Origin: Mycobacterium sp.
GTDB taxonomy: Bacteria > Actinomycetota > Actinomycetes > Mycobacteriales > Mycobacteriaceae
Assembly: GCA_035515675.1 (NCBI GenBank)
Contig: DATJBA010000122.1
Coordinates: forward strand, 3,225 to 67,224
Reading direction: 5' to 3'
DNA length: 64,000 nt
The notes beneath the pieces are model-generated. The model saw nothing but the letters and a program-made list of their open reading frames with translations. It was not told where the DNA came from and ran no database searches. Below are positions 19,675-29,254 of this stretch, in pieces; the stretch's first letter is position 1, and each line of letters begins with the position of its first letter. The translations under genes and the position numbers were made by a program.

Positions 19675-20298
19675 GTGTCGGGGCAGCCTCAAACGGGTCC
19701 GATGGTAGGTCGCGCCCATATCGCCAACCTCGCCAATACGCTGACTTTGTTGCGGCTGGTGCTGGTTCCGATTTTCCTGCTCGCCTTGTTCGCTGGGGAT
19801 GGCCACGAAATCGCATTCCGCATAGTGGCTTTCGTGGTTTTCGCGCTTGCTTGCATTACCGATCGGTTAGACGGCTTGCTGGCCCGCAACTACGGCATGG
19901 CAACTGAATTCGGCGCGTTCGCCGATCCGATCGCGGACAAGACGCTGATCGGGTCGGCGCTGATCGGACTGTCGATGCTTGGTGACTTGCCGTGGTGGGT
20001 CACGGTGCTGATCCTGACCCGCGAGCTCGGGGTGACCCTGCTGCGGTTGGCTGTGATTCGCCGCGGCGTCATTCCGGCCAGTTGGGGCGGCAAACTCAAG
20101 ACCGCGGTCCAGGCGTTGGCGATCGGGTTGTTCGTATTGCCACTGTCGGGAGCGTTCCGGGTGGCGGCAGCGGTGGTGATGGGCGCCGCCATCGTGCTCA
20201 CGGTGGTCACCGGTGTCGACTATGTGGTGTCGACCGTTAGGGAGGTTCGCCGAACCACTCAGGACGAGTCAGACGCATCCGGGCCGTGCCAAGGCTAA
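19675..20298 (+). CDS. pgsA: CDP-alcohol phosphatidyltransferase (PgsA3-like)
   Basis: The motif [27 protein letters not shown] (D-x2-DG-x2-AR...D-x3-D) plus multiple TM segments. Start is GTG 19675 or ATG 19702. Confidence 0.85.
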   Translation: MSGQPQTGPMVGRAHIANLANTLTLLRLVLVPIFLLALFAGDGHEIAFRIVAFVVFALACITDRLDGLLARNYGMATEFGAFADPIADKTLIGSALIGLSMLGDLPWWVTVLILTRELGVTLLRLAVIRRGVIPASWGGKLKTAVQALAIGLFVLPLSGAFRVAAAVVMGAAIVLTVVTGVDYVVSTVREVRRTTQDESDASGPCQG

Positions 20299-20323
20299 TT
20301 CCGACCAAGTGTCGTGATCGAAC

Positions 20324-20351
20324 GGGAACCAACACCGCCGCTGCTGGCGTT
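20324..20351 (+). promoter_or_regulatory. SigE/SigH-type ECF promoter candidate upstream of clgR
   Basis: GGGAAC (20324-20329), then 19 nt, then GTT (20349-20351, within CGTT). It lies about 70 nt upstream of the clgR ATG. I recall clgR as SigE-dependent in M. tuberculosis. Confidence 0.4.
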
Positions 20352-20423
20352 CACCTAGTGAGTGCCTGCCGAATAGGGGTCGATTACGTGCTGAGCAGGC
20401 CTGACTGGACGAAGGAGAGCAGG

Positions 20424-20750
20424 ATGCCGCCATTGGTGCGCGAGGTCATCGGCGACGTGCTGCGCCGGGCCCGAACGTCACAGGGCCGGACGCTGCGTGA
20501 GGTGTCCCATTCAGCGCGGGTGAGCCTCGGGTATCTATCGGAGGTGGAGCGCGGTCGCAAGGAGCCCTCCAGTGAGCTGCTCAACGCGATCTGTGATGCG
20601 TTGGAGGTCCCGCTGTCGACGGTCCTCACCAACGCCGGCGAGCGGATGGCGCTCGAGGAACGCGCGGCTTACCGCACGGCAAGCGGTAGCACCATCGATG
20701 CCAGCACCAAGGTCGTCATTCCGCCGGTGGCGTCGCTGGCGGTGGCCTGA
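20424..20750 (+). CDS. clgR: HTH (XRE-type) transcriptional regulator ClgR
   Basis: [50 protein letters not shown]...[17 protein letters not shown] precedes the ATG. Confidence 0.9.
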   Translation: MPPLVREVIGDVLRRARTSQGRTLREVSHSARVSLGYLSEVERGRKEPSSELLNAICDALEVPLSTVLTNAGERMALEERAAYRTASGSTIDASTKVVIPPVASLAVA

Positions 20751-20903
20751 GTGCCGGGGCGCACCGGCCGACCCGATCCAGTGCGAGGGGTGGGGCGATT
20801 GGCGCCGACCCGTTAAATTGAGCGACAGGGTGAGCTGCTGAGCTCAACTGAGCCCTATCCAAGGCCCATCCGGCACACAAGAAGGTGAAGGCGGAGCGAA
20901 CTC

Positions 20904-21734
20904 ATGGCCAATCCGTTCGTCAAAGCGTGGAAATATCTCATGGCGTTGTTCAACGCGAAAATTGACGAGCACGCCGACCCCAAAGTGCAGATTCAGCAGG
21001 CCATTGAGGAAGCGCAGCGCACCCATCAGGCGCTGACCCAACAGGCGGCACAAGTGATCGGCAACCAGCGGCAACTGGAGATGCGGCTCAACCGGCAGCT
21101 CGCGGACATCGAAAAGCTTCAGGTCAACGTGCGTCAGGCCCTGACGTTGGCCGACCAGGCCACCGCCGCCGGCGCCGCCGCCAAGGCCGCCGAGTACAAC
21201 AACGCCGCCGAGGCGTTCGCGGCCCAGCTGGTGACCGCCGAGCAGAGCGTCGAAGACCTCAAGACGCTGCACGATCAGGCGCTGTCCGCAGCGGCTCAGG
21301 CCAAAAAGGCCGTCGAACAGAACTCGATGGTGCTGCAGCAGAAAATCGCGGAACGCACCAAGCTGCTCAGCCAGCTCGAACAGGCGAAGATGCAGGAACA
21401 GGTCAGCGCATCGCTGCGGTCGATGAACGAGATCGCCGCTCCGGGCAACACGCCGAGCCTCGACGAGGTACGCGACAAGATCGAACGCCGGTACGCCAAC
21501 GCGGTCGGTGCGGCCGAACTTGCGCGGGGTTCCGTGCAGGGCCGCATGCTCGAGATCGAGCAGGCCAGCGTGCAGATGGCCGGTCATTCCCGGTTGGAGC
21601 AGATCCGCGCGTCGATGCGCGGCGAAGCTTTGCCGACCGGTGGAACATCTGCTGCTCCCGGTGCCACTCCAGCCACTCCTGCGCCCGCCGAGAGCACTGG
21701 CGGGGCAGTTGCCGACAAGCCCCTTGGCCAGTAA
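20904..21734 (+). CDS. pspA: PspA/IM30 family protein (35 kDa antigen, Rv2744c-like)
   Basis: [38 protein letters not shown] and a long coiled-coil are typical PspA. Confidence 0.9.
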   Translation: MANPFVKAWKYLMALFNAKIDEHADPKVQIQQAIEEAQRTHQALTQQAAQVIGNQRQLEMRLNRQLADIEKLQVNVRQALTLADQATAAGAAAKAAEYNNAAEAFAAQLVTAEQSVEDLKTLHDQALSAAAQAKKAVEQNSMVLQQKIAERTKLLSQLEQAKMQEQVSASLRSMNEIAAPGNTPSLDEVRDKIERRYANAVGAAELARGSVQGRMLEIEQASVQMAGHSRLEQIRASMRGEALPTGGTSAAPGATPATPAPAESTGGAVADKPLGQ

Positions 21735-21753
21735 TACGGCGGACGGTCTTCAG

Positions 21754-22572
21754 ATGGCGGTGAATACGACTCAGCGCGGGCCTTGGCGCGCGTTGCTGCA
21801 GCGTGGCTTGGACACCGCCACCGAGCTTTCCGACTTGGTGGCCCAGAAGATCAGCGCCGCCACGGATCCGCGTGCACGGCTGCTGCGCCGCCGCCGCCGC
21901 GCGCTGCGGTGGGGCCTGATATTTGCCGCCGGGTGTCTGTTTTGGACAGTGGTGACAGCGCTGCTGGCGGCCTGGGGCTGGTTCGCGTTGCTGCTGGAGA
22001 TCACCGGCCTGATCGCGGTGGTGCAGGCGATTGCGGCGACCTTGTTGCTGCTTCGCTACCGCTGGCTGCGATCGGAGCCGCTGCCGGCGCGCCGGCCCAC
22101 AGGAGTCCGTCGGCTGCCGCCGCCCGGGTCGGCAGCGCGACCCGCGATGTCCGCGCTGGGCGCCTCCGAACGCGGCTTCTTCTCACTGCTGGGCGTGATG
22201 GAGCGGGGTTCCATGTTGCCGGCAGCCGAAATCCGTGACTTGACCGCGGCGGCCAATAAGACCTCCGCGGCGATGGCGGCCACCGCCGCAGAGGTGGTGT
22301 CGATGGAGCGGGCGGCCCAGTACTCCGAATCATCGCGGTCATATCTGGTGCCCACCATTAACGCGTTCACCGCGCAGTTGAGTGCCGGCGTTCGTCAGTA
22401 CAACGAAATGGTCACTGCCGCAGCACAATTGGTGTCCTCGGCAAACGGCGATGCCGGGGCTGGGTTAGCTGCTTCGCAGCAGCGTTATCGCGCTGAGTTG
22501 GCCGGGGCTACTGATAGCCTGGTCGGTTGGGCCCAGGCGTTCGACGAGCTCGGGGGAATGCCCCGAAGCTAG
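21754..22572 (+). CDS. Ala-rich membrane protein of the psp operon (Rv2743c-like)
   Basis: ATG 21754. Two adjacent TM segments (WGLIFAAGCLFWTVVTALLAAWGWFALLLEITGLIAVVQAIAATLLLL). It lies downstream of pspA. Confidence 0.75.
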   Translation: MAVNTTQRGPWRALLQRGLDTATELSDLVAQKISAATDPRARLLRRRRRALRWGLIFAAGCLFWTVVTALLAAWGWFALLLEITGLIAVVQAIAATLLLLRYRWLRSEPLPARRPTGVRRLPPPGSAARPAMSALGASERGFFSLLGVMERGSMLPAAEIRDLTAAANKTSAAMAATAAEVVSMERAAQYSESSRSYLVPTINAFTAQLSAGVRQYNEMVTAAAQLVSSANGDAGAGLAASQQRYRAELAGATDSLVGWAQAFDELGGMPRS

Positions 22573-23009
22573 CCCCGAGTGTCCGGACTCGGCGACGGGT
22601 GCTGCGGTGGGGTTGCTTCGGGTCGCGGGCCGTAGCGTTCGATGTATGCCTGATGGATGTGGGCGTCGCGTTTGCGGGCGAGTTCGTCGACAAGGTCTGG
22701 GTCCAGGTTGTGTACGGCCAATATGTGACGGCGCCACACCTTGTTGAGCGCATGCGAGAAATAGACGAACGGGATCAGTATCGGCAGCGTCATGCTCAGG
22801 TGAACATCGAGCGTCGTCGGGATCAACCAGAACGGGGTGAGCACCAGCACCGCCGGCACCGCGACGCGGACCATCATCCGGGCGGCAGCGCCCTTGCCGG
22901 CCAGGTCGTTGCGAACCCAATCCCGCATCGAGTCGGGCAGCCGACCCCCGCAGCAATAGCGGACATACTGAACGGCATTGGGCCGCGTGCGGCTTGCGTC
23001 CTGGCTCAT
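22569..23009 (-). CDS. small membrane protein (DUF5313-like; family name from memory)
   Basis: ATG 23007-23009 is preceded by GGGAGA. Third-position G+C is high and there are two TM segments (MMVRVAVPAVLVLTPFWLIPTTL, MTLPILIPFVYF). It is convergent with the psp operon, sharing CTAG stops. Confidence 0.65.
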   Translation of the reverse strand: MSQDASRTRPNAVQYVRYCCGGRLPDSMRDWVRNDLAGKGAAARMMVRVAVPAVLVLTPFWLIPTTLDVHLSMTLPILIPFVYFSHALNKVWRRHILAVHNLDPDLVDELARKRDAHIHQAYIERYGPRPEATPPQHPSPSPDTRG

Positions 23010-23026
23010 ACCGTCTCCCTGCCGGG

Positions 23027-23458
23027 CTAAAACGTCGCTTTGAGTGAGGGCAGCACCAGCGCTGCCAGACCACGTACGGTCGCCTTGAACATGTCGAAGA
23101 AGTCGAAGTAGTCGCGCCAGAGCGTGATTTTCCCGTTGTGGACCTCGAACACGCCGCACACCCAGAACTGAAGCCGCAGCGGGCCGAAGATCAGCGCATC
23201 GGTGCGTTCGGTGAGCACCGCCGCACCGTCGGCGGCAATGCGGTGGATCTTGACCTCGAACGCGGCACGGCCGTCCATCTGGCGAAACAGCTTCATTGCT
23301 CTGGCGCGGCCATGGATCGTCGGCAGTCCGACGTTCTCGTAGACGAGGTTGTCATCCAATGCGGCATCTGCGGTTTTGTAATCCGCGTCTTGCAGGGCGT
23401 TCAGGAAGCCCTCGACCGTCCGAGTGTTCGCGACGGCCGTCCCAGTCAACTCGGTCAT
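23027..23458 (-). CDS. ephG: limonene-1,2-epoxide hydrolase (EphG, Rv2740-like)
   Basis: NTF2-like LEH fold of 143 aa (VEGFLNALQDADY...ITLWRDYFD). Confidence 0.85.
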   Translation of the reverse strand: MTELTGTAVANTRTVEGFLNALQDADYKTADAALDDNLVYENVGLPTIHGRARAMKLFRQMDGRAAFEVKIHRIAADGAAVLTERTDALIFGPLRLQFWVCGVFEVHNGKITLWRDYFDFFDMFKATVRGLAALVLPSLKATF

Positions 23459-23511
23459 GGTTGCCAGCGTAGGCGAGCGGGCCGGTCGGGCGCTGTGGCA
23501 GGGTAGGGCCG

Positions 23512-24678
23512 ATGCGTGTCGCCGTGGTCGCCGGGCCGGATCCCGGGCACTCGTTTCCCGCGATAGCGCTGTGCCAACGCTTCGGCGAAGTCAGCGATAC
23601 GCCCACGCTGTTCACCGGGGAGCAATGGATCGACGCCGCCCGCCTCGCCGGCATCGACGCGGTCGTGCTCGACGGTCTCGCGGCCCTCGACGACGACCTC
23701 GACGCCGGGGCCAGAATCCACCGCCGTGCCGCGCGGATGGCCGTGCTCAACGTGCCGGCCCTGCGTGACCTAGCGCCCGACCTGGTGGTATCCGACGTCA
23801 TCACCGCGGGCGGCGGCATGGCCGCCGAGCTGCTGGGAATCCCGTGGATTGAACTCGACCCGCATCCGCTTTATCTGCCGTCCAAGGGATTGCCGCCGGT
23901 AGGCAGTGGACTGGCGCCCGGCACCGGTATCCGCGGCCGGCTGCGGGACGCCACGATGCGGGCGCTCACGGCCCGATCCTGGCGTGCCGGCCTGCGTCAG
24001 CGCGAGGCCGTGCGGGTCGAGATCGGACTGCCGGCCCGTGACCCCGGGCCGCTGCGACGGCTGATCGCCACGCTGCCCGCGCTGGAGGTCCCTCGCCCGG
24101 ACTGGCCGGTCGAGGCCGTCGTGGTGGGGCCGTTGCACTTCGAGCCGACCGATCGTGTGCTTCAGATCCCGCCCGGCTCAGGGCCGGTGGTGGTGGTCGC
24201 GCCCTCGACCGCGTTAACCGGGACCTCAGGGTTGGCCGAAGTCGCCCTGGAATGCCTGCTGCCGGGTGAGACGCTGCCGGCGGGATCGCGCCTGGTGGTG
24301 TCCCGTCTGGGCGGTGCGGATCTGACGGTGCCGCCGTGGGGGGTGGTCGGGCTGGGACGTCAGGCTGAGTTATTGACGCATGCCGACCTGGTGATCTGCG
24401 GCGGTGGTCACGGGATGGTGGCCAAGACGCTGCTGGCCGGGGTGCCGCTGGTTGTGGTTCCCGGCGGAGGGGATCAGTGGGAAATAGCTAACCGGGTGGT
24501 ACGTCAGGGGAGTGCGCGGCTGATTCGGCCGCTGACCGCCGACGCGCTGGTGGCCGCGGCTAACGAGGTGCTGTCGTCGCCCAGCTACCGGGAGGCCGCG
24601 CAAACGGCCGCTGCCAGCATCGCAGGCGTCGCCGATCCGGTGCGGGTGTGCCACGAAGCGCTTGCTTTAGCGGGGTAA
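23512..24678 (+). CDS. GT1-family glycosyltransferase (Rv2739c-like)
   Basis: MRVAVVAGPDPGHSFPAIAL starts the N-terminal half. The C-terminal motif is ICGGGHGMVAKTLLAGVPLVVVPGGGDQ. Confidence 0.8.
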   Translation: MRVAVVAGPDPGHSFPAIALCQRFGEVSDTPTLFTGEQWIDAARLAGIDAVVLDGLAALDDDLDAGARIHRRAARMAVLNVPALRDLAPDLVVSDVITAGGGMAAELLGIPWIELDPHPLYLPSKGLPPVGSGLAPGTGIRGRLRDATMRALTARSWRAGLRQREAVRVEIGLPARDPGPLRRLIATLPALEVPRPDWPVEAVVVGPLHFEPTDRVLQIPPGSGPVVVVAPSTALTGTSGLAEVALECLLPGETLPAGSRLVVSRLGGADLTVPPWGVVGLGRQAELLTHADLVICGGGHGMVAKTLLAGVPLVVVPGGGDQWEIANRVVRQGSARLIRPLTADALVAAANEVLSSPSYREAAQTAAASIAGVADPVRVCHEALALAG

Positions 24679-24688
24679 CCCGCTGGGT

Positions 24689-24895
24689 ATGTTGGCTGGC
24701 GTGCGGCTGACGGAGTTCAACGAACGGGTTGTCCTGCGATTCGGCGCCGTGTACGGCGCATCGGTGCTGGTAGACCATGTGCTGACCGGGTTCGGAGGCC
24801 GGACCGCCGCCCAGGCCATCGAGGAGGGTTGCGAGCCCCGCGACATCTGGCGGGCGTTGTGCGTCGACTTCGACGTGCCCCGCGACCAGTGGTGA
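24689..24895 (+). CDS. DUF3046 protein (Rv2738c-like)
   Basis: RLTEFNERVVLRFGAVYGASVLVDHVLTGFGGRTAAQAIEEG..PRDIWRALCVDFDVPRDQW. It lies upstream of recA, as in M. tuberculosis. The start may be GTG 24701. Confidence 0.75.
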   Translation: MLAGVRLTEFNERVVLRFGAVYGASVLVDHVLTGFGGRTAAQAIEEGCEPRDIWRALCVDFDVPRDQW

Positions 24896-24914
24896 GTCGG
24901 GCTTCGGCCGATGC

Positions 24915-25592
24915 TTATCTCCGCTTCGACCGCGGTGTCCGGCGAGACACGCAATCGCCGCAAACCGACCTTCCGGGGACGCGATAGACCAGGCAGCAGC
25001 TGCGACGCCTGAAGACCAGATGCAAGCTGGTGATCATGCCGGATCCGGCCAACATGCCGGTGTCCAGTAGCGAGTTCGTGATCCTGACGATCGAGCGGCG
25101 CAGGTCGGGCCGCGCCGAAAGCAAAGCCCGGGACGCGCCGACCAGTGCGGACGCAATGTTGCCGGCCAGCAGGGCGGGCGCCAGCTCGACCCGCAAACCG
25201 GCGGCGAACGGTTCCATATGTTGTTGCACGACGATGCGGTACAACAAGTCCGCTGAAGGTGAGTCGACGGCTTCTCCGAGGGGTTCGGGCATTCGCAGTT
25301 GCGCCCCGTCGTCGGCGCGTTGCAGGTCTTTGAGGTCTGGAACGACGCCGTGGCCCAGCGCGCACGCGAGTACGGGTGACCACAGTCGGCTGGCATGGCC
25401 GAGATGAACCAGCGAGGCGCCGATCCGCACGTGCGTCGTGTGATAGCGCCGGACGGTGGCGTCGATCAAATCGGCGCAGCCGTCGGCGTAGGACTGCCTG
25501 ACCGGATGCCATCCCGCCGCGTCGCCGCCCACGGTCAGCGCGAAAAACCCTCTGTAGGAAGAGATTTCGGCCAGCTCGGCAGAGATGTCCAT
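24915..25592 (-). CDS. FhuF-like (2Fe-2S)-binding protein
   Basis: The C-terminal C-C-x10-C-x2-C motif (SCCLVYRVPGRSVCGDC) is characteristic of the ferric-reductase FhuF C-terminal domain. Confidence 0.7.
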   Translation of the reverse strand: MDISAELAEISSYRGFFALTVGGDAAGWHPVRQSYADGCADLIDATVRRYHTTHVRIGASLVHLGHASRLWSPVLACALGHGVVPDLKDLQRADDGAQLRMPEPLGEAVDSPSADLLYRIVVQQHMEPFAAGLRVELAPALLAGNIASALVGASRALLSARPDLRRSIVRITNSLLDTGMLAGSGMITSLHLVFRRRSCCLVYRVPGRSVCGDCVSRRTPRSKRR

Positions 25593-25813
25593 TTATGCGC
25601 GACCACCCTCTCTGGGGAGATCCGCCCCAGCTTGTCTTGAGGAAGCGCCGACGGTGAGTATCTGGCTCTCGGGTCAGGGCGTGCCCTTCCCGATCACAGT
25701 GGCGGGACCGCACCGGATTCACACCGGTTTCCTCAGGTTGTAGAGGCCCCGTCGGCGCCTTTCGGTAGCCGATGTTGCCGCACTCGGCGCCCGGCACGGC
25801 GTGTCCACTTGAA

Positions 25814-25829
25814 TCGAACAGGTGTTCGG
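25814..25829. promoter_or_regulatory. LexA SOS box upstream of recA
   Basis: TCGAACAGGTGTTCGG fits the mycobacterial consensus TCGAAC-N4-GTTCGA. Confidence 0.8.
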
Positions 25830-25860
25830 CTACTGTGGTGAGTGTTCGCTCGATGTCGAC

Positions 25861-25883
25861 TTGTCGGTGGCCTTCTCTAGTGT
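25861..25883 (+). promoter_or_regulatory. RecA-NDp-type (LexA-independent, PafBC-associated) promoter motif upstream of recA
   Basis: TTGTCGGTG, then 8 nt, then TAGTGT. This matches tTGTCRgtg-N8-TAnnnT. It lies about 55 nt upstream of the recA ATG. Confidence 0.7.
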
Positions 25884-25939
25884 CACGACCAACCGACCGA
25901 TACCGGTCACCGAACACATCCGACTATAGGAGAAGCACC

Positions 25940-28291
25940 ATGACGCAAGCCCCCGACCGCGAGAAGGCTCTCGAACTGGCGATGGCCCAGATTGAAAAGA
26001 GCTACGGCAAAGGCTCGGTGATGCGTCTCGGCGACGAGATGCGTCAACCGATCTCGGTCATTCCAACCGGATCCATCGCACTAGACGTGGCCTTAGGCAT
26101 CGGCGGCCTGCCACGTGGCCGGGTCGTGGAGATCTACGGTCCAGAGTCTTCGGGTAAGACCACCGTCGCACTGCACGCGGTGGCCAACGCCCAGGCCGCC
26201 GGCGGCGTCGCGGCGTTCATCGACGCCGAGCACGCCCTTGACCCCGATTACGCCAAGAGGCTCGGCGTCGACACCGATTCCCTTCTGGTCAGTCAACCCG
26301 ACACCGGTGAACAGGCCCTGGAGATCGCCGACATGCTGATCCGCTCCGGCGCGCTCGACATCCTGGTCATCGACTCGGTGGCGGCCCTGGTGCCGCGCGC
26401 GGAACTCGAAGGCGAGATGGGGGACAGCCATGTCGGACTGCAGGCCCGGCTGATGAGCCAGGCACTGCGGAAAATGACCGGCGCGCTCAACAATTCGGGA
26501 ACCACGGCGATCTTCATCAACCAGCTCCGCGAAAAGATCGGAATCCTATTCGGCAGTCCCGAAACCACGACGGGTGGAAAGGCCTTGAAGTTCTACGCGT
26601 CGGTGCGCATGGACGTACGCCGGATCGAGACACTCAAGGACGGCAACAACGCGGTCGGCAACCGCACCCGGGTCAAGGTCGTCAAAAACAAGTGCCTCGC
26701 AGAGGGCACTCGGATCTTCGATCCGGTCACCGGTACGACACATCGCATTGAGGATGTTGTCGATGAGCGGAAGCAAATCCATGTCTTGGCTGTGGCCAAG
26801 GACGGAACGTTGCATGCGCGCCCCGTGGTGTCCTGGTTCGATCAGGGAACGCAGGATGTGATCGGGTTGCGGATCGCCGGTGGCACAAACGTGTGGGCGA
26901 CGCCCGATCACAAGGTGCTGACAGAGTACGGCTGGCGCCAGGCCGGGGAACTCCGCAAGGGAGACCGGGTGGCGCAACCGCGGCGCTTCGATGGATTCGG
27001 TGACAGTGCGCCGATTTCGGCGGATCATGCACGGCTGCTTGGCTATCTGATCGGGGATGGCTACGTGGGGGGTGAAACTCCGGTCAACTTCATCAATGTT
27101 GAGCAGGCACTCATTGATGACGTGACGCGAATCGCTGCGGAACTCGGTTGTGTCGCCCATCCGCAGGGGCGTATGTCACTTGCGATCGCTCATCGACCTG
27201 GCGAGCGCAACGGTGTTGTAGACCTTTGTCGGCAGGCCGGCATCTACGGCAAGCTCGCATGGGAGAAGACGATTCCGAACTGCTTCTTCGAGCCAGATAT
27301 CACGGCCGATATTGTCGGCAACCTGCTCTTCGGCCTGTTCGAGAATGACGGCTGGGTGAGCCGGGAACAGACCGGAGCGCTTCGGGTCGGTTACACGACG
27401 ACCTCTGAACAGCTCGCACACCAGATCCATTGGCTGCTACTGCGATTCGGTATCGTGAGCACCGTTCGAGATTACGATCCGACCCAGAGGCGGCCGAGTA
27501 TCGTCAATGGTCGACGGATCCAGGGCCGGCGTCAAGTATTCGAGGTCAGGGTTTCTGGTATGGAGAACGTCACAGCGTTCGCAGAATCAGTCCCGATGTG
27601 GGGCCCGCGTGGTATCGCCCTTATTCAGGCGATTCCAGAGGCTATGCAGGGGCGGCGGCGTGGATCGCAGGCAACATATCTGGCCGCGGAGGTGGCCGAT
27701 GCCGTGCTGAATTACCTTGACGAGCGTGGCGTGACCGCGCAGGAGGCCGCAGTAATGATCGGTGCAGGCGCCGGGAACCCTCGTGGCGGAATGAAGCAGG
27801 TCTTAGGTGCCAGCCGTCTCCGTAGAGATCGTGTGCAGGTGCTCGCGGATGCCTTGGATGACAAGTTTCTGCATGATGTGCTGGCGGAAGAACTCCGGTA
27901 CTCGGCGATCCGAGAAGTACTGCCAACGCGGCGGGTACGGACGTTCGACCTTGAGGTCGAGGAACTGCACAACCTCATCGCGGAAGGCGTTGTCGTTCAC
28001 AACTGCGCCCCGCCGTTCAAGCAGGCTGAGTTCGACATCCTCTACGGTAAGGGTGTCAGCAGGGAAGGCTCGCTGATCGACATGGGTGTGGAGCAGGGCT
28101 TCATCCGCAAGTCCGGTTCCTGGTTCACCTACGAGGGCGAGCAGCTCGGCCAGGGCAAGGAGAACGCTCGCAGTTTCCTGGTGGAGAACGCCGACGTAGC
28201 CAACGAGATCGAGAAAAAGATCAAGGAAAAGCTCGGCATTGGCGCGGTCGTGACCGATGACGACACCCTGCCCGCCCCCGTCGATTTCTGA
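25940..28291 (+). CDS. recA: recombinase RecA precursor interrupted by an intein
   Basis: The extein sequence ([31 protein letters not shown]..., Walker [10 protein letters not shown]) continues after the intein with [17 protein letters not shown]. Confidence 0.97.
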   Translation: MTQAPDREKALELAMAQIEKSYGKGSVMRLGDEMRQPISVIPTGSIALDVALGIGGLPRGRVVEIYGPESSGKTTVALHAVANAQAAGGVAAFIDAEHALDPDYAKRLGVDTDSLLVSQPDTGEQALEIADMLIRSGALDILVIDSVAALVPRAELEGEMGDSHVGLQARLMSQALRKMTGALNNSGTTAIFINQLREKIGILFGSPETTTGGKALKFYASVRMDVRRIETLKDGNNAVGNRTRVKVVKNKCLAEGTRIFDPVTGTTHRIEDVVDERKQIHVLAVAKDGTLHARPVVSWFDQGTQDVIGLRIAGGTNVWATPDHKVLTEYGWRQAGELRKGDRVAQPRRFDGFGDSAPISADHARLLGYLIGDGYVGGETPVNFINVEQALIDDVTRIAAELGCVAHPQGRMSLAIAHRPGERNGVVDLCRQAGIYGKLAWEKTIPNCFFEPDITADIVGNLLFGLFENDGWVSREQTGALRVGYTTTSEQLAHQIHWLLLRFGIVSTVRDYDPTQRRPSIVNGRRIQGRRQVFEVRVSGMENVTAFAESVPMWGPRGIALIQAIPEAMQGRRRGSQATYLAAEVADAVLNYLDERGVTAQEAAVMIGAGAGNPRGGMKQVLGASRLRRDRVQVLADALDDKFLHDVLAEELRYSAIREVLPTRRVRTFDLEVEELHNLIAEGVVVHNCAPPFKQAEFDILYGKGVSREGSLIDMGVEQGFIRKSGSWFTYEGEQLGQGKENARSFLVENADVANEIEKKIKEKLGIGAVVTDDDTLPAPVDF
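26693..28003 (+). mobile_element. RecA intein (437 codons) with LAGLIDADG homing endonuclease, at the M. tuberculosis-type insertion site
   Basis: It starts with Cys ([16 protein letters not shown]) at codon 252 and ends VVVHN followed by Cys+1. Block B is TPDH. The two dodecapeptide motifs are [10 protein letters not shown] and [11 protein letters not shown]. Confidence 0.95.
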
Positions 28292-28778
28292 GCCATCCCG
28301 CGAAGAGCAGGCGCGGGCGTTGTGCCTGCGCCTGCTCACCGCGAGATCACGCACTCGGGCCGAGCTGTCCGGCCAGCTGTCCAAACGCGGATACCCCGAC
28401 GACATCAGCGCTCGGGTGCTCGACCGGCTGGCCGCCGTCGGCCTGGTGGACGACACGGAGTTCGCCGAACAGTGGGTGCAATCCCGGCGGGCTAAAGCCG
28501 GAAAAGGCAAGCGCGCCTTGGCCGCTGAGTTGCACACCAAGGGCCTCGACAACGATGTGATCACCACGGTGCTGGGCGGGATCGACGGCGGTGCCGAGCG
28601 GGACCGGGCGGAGCAGTTGGTGCGGGCCAGGCTCAAACGCGAGAACCTCGACGGTGACCAACTGCGAGCGGCCCGTCGGCTGGTCGCGATGCTGGTGCGC
28701 CGTGGCTACGACCAAAACATGGCCTACGACGTGGTCAGCGCTGCGGTGGCCGCCGAGCGGGAGCGTCGGCGCGTCTAG
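28257..28778 (+). CDS. recX: RecA regulator RecX
   Basis: Three-repeat helical RecX pattern ([26 protein letters not shown]..., [14 protein letters not shown]...). The ATG overlaps the recA 3' end by 35 nt. Confidence 0.9.
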   Translation: MTTPCPPPSISEPSREEQARALCLRLLTARSRTRAELSGQLSKRGYPDDISARVLDRLAAVGLVDDTEFAEQWVQSRRAKAGKGKRALAAELHTKGLDNDVITTVLGGIDGGAERDRAEQLVRARLKRENLDGDQLRAARRLVAMLVRRGYDQNMAYDVVSAAVAAERERRRV

Positions 28779-28783
28779 CTGCT

Positions 28784-29254
28784 TCAGGGGGTTGCGAATT
28801 CGATCTGCGGCGCAACGTCGACCTCGGTACGCAGCGAGTTGGCGATGTAGCAGTGCCGGTGTGCCACCTCAACGAGATGGTGGATCTGTTCGACGGTTGG
28901 GCCCGCCGCCACGACGATCCGCGGCCGCAGCGTGATGCGGGTGATGCTGACCGGATGGCCGCGGTCGGGCATGACACCCTCGGCGTCATCGTCGTAAGCA
29001 AGCACGGCGACTCCTGCCCGCGCAGCCACCGCCAGGAAGGACAGCAACTGGCAGGAGGAGGCCGCCATGACCAGCAACTGCTCGGGATTGAGGTGATCAG
29101 GCCGACCCAAGAAGGCCGGGTCGGCGGAAAGCACCAGCCGGTCCTGCGCCGGATCCGCGGTTGCGGTGTGCTCGCGGCGGTAGTGCTGGTATCCGCGCCC
29201 CGTTGAACCACTCCATCGGCAGTGGGCACGGTAAGTATGCAGCGCCGTCTCCAT
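28784..29254 (-). CDS. OsmC-family peroxiredoxin-like protein
   Basis: From the internal ATG ([19 protein letters not shown]...). The pair of conserved Cys residues (SSCQLL and HRHCYIANS) is typical of OsmC/Ohr. Confidence 0.8.
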   Translation of the reverse strand: METALHTYRAHCRWSGSTGRGYQHYRREHTATADPAQDRLVLSADPAFLGRPDHLNPEQLLVMAASSCQLLSFLAVAARAGVAVLAYDDDAEGVMPDRGHPVSITRITLRPRIVVAAGPTVEQIHHLVEVAHRHCYIANSLRTEVDVAPQIEFATP

